From: Octopus sinensis
Taxonomy: Eukaryota
Assembly (NCBI RefSeq): GCF_006345805.1
Contig: NC_043007.1
Span: 55,490,001-55,554,000, forward strand
Direction: 5' to 3'
Length of the DNA: 64,000 nucleotides
The notes beneath the pieces are model-generated. The model searched no databases. It was not told the DNA's origin and was given only the letters and a program-made list of their open reading frames with translations. The translations under genes were made by a program, and so were the position numbers. This document shows positions 63,381 through 64,000 of this stretch, one piece after another. Within the stretch, counting starts at the first letter, position 1; each line of letters begins with the position of its first letter.

Positions 63381-64000
63381 CCAAAGTATCACACAAGACA
63401 TCTACTAATGAGTAGTTCAATCGTTATTTGTGACTAGAGGACTACGAGTTATCTAACTGGATCATTGTGATATACTGTTGATGTTATTTATTACACTAAT
63501 TCATTAAGTTTTGATGATCTCAATACCGAAATCGAATCTTTTCTTTATACGGAAATCAACATAAGCATCCAGAGAAATCGCTCTTAATTAATCGTGCTAT
63601 GAATTTGCTATTAGTTATTAGCTAAGATCTTGATAAAAGATGGTAATATGGATTTTATCACGGTTAGATGATTTGCTGATTTTATGCAACATTTTCTTTT
63701 AATTACGTATTTATAATGAAAGTATAATTAATCTAATATTCTAATTTAAATGAATTAAAAACCTTTGTTTTAATACTCTCAGAAATGACCTTATCTTTCT
63801 ATTCAAGTTAACAGTAATATTGAAACATATGACAGACTGGATAATTTATAGGCTTCTTGGTAAAATTGATAAGTTGCTTATGAATCTTGTGTTTTTATAC
63901 TCTAAATATATAGATTATTTACATTATTTACAATTGACGGATATTTGTCCTCAACTTTTCGGCTGATATACTCTCCAGCCTTCATCCCGTGTCCTGGGAA

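Noticed and set aside
63948-63992. GGGATGA-AGGCTG..CAGCC-GAAA (minus) at the window edge
   Set aside because: Core C3/U4 and stem III are mutated and the context is cut off by the window end; probably a dead copy and not counted.

Overview
AT-rich, microsatellite-laden eukaryotic DNA. The SINE families look like those of octopus/cephalopods (inference). No host protein-coding gene can be supported; the window is almost entirely transposon-derived. It contains a Gypsy LTR remnant, Tc1 and mariner fossils, a Helitron, a Helentron-type HINE, tRNA-SINEs, RTE fragments, a head-to-tail chain of Dong/R4-type LINEs in (ATT)n runs, and two near-full-length CR1/L2-group LINEs (one with ORF1 and ORF2 both open). 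Two things stand out. (1) I found 13 type I hammerhead-ribozyme motifs at nine loci: four fully canonical, the rest with an extra base, a weak stem or core substitutions. All have a short palindromic or quasi-palindromic stem III. Several sit in ~335-553 bp circularly permuted units or in outward-facing inverted repeats next to (TA)n, one beside a Penelope-type GIY-YIG remnant and two in a 558-bp near-perfect palindrome. This suggests a diverse Penelope/retrozyme-like system. (2) Two diverged ~2-kb RT-less, ORF1-only retroelements are stacked at the same 11-bp site inside a tRNA-SINE head, suggesting a site-specific element that targets a SINE. All alignments and folds were done by eye, so coordinates of decayed elements are approximate.
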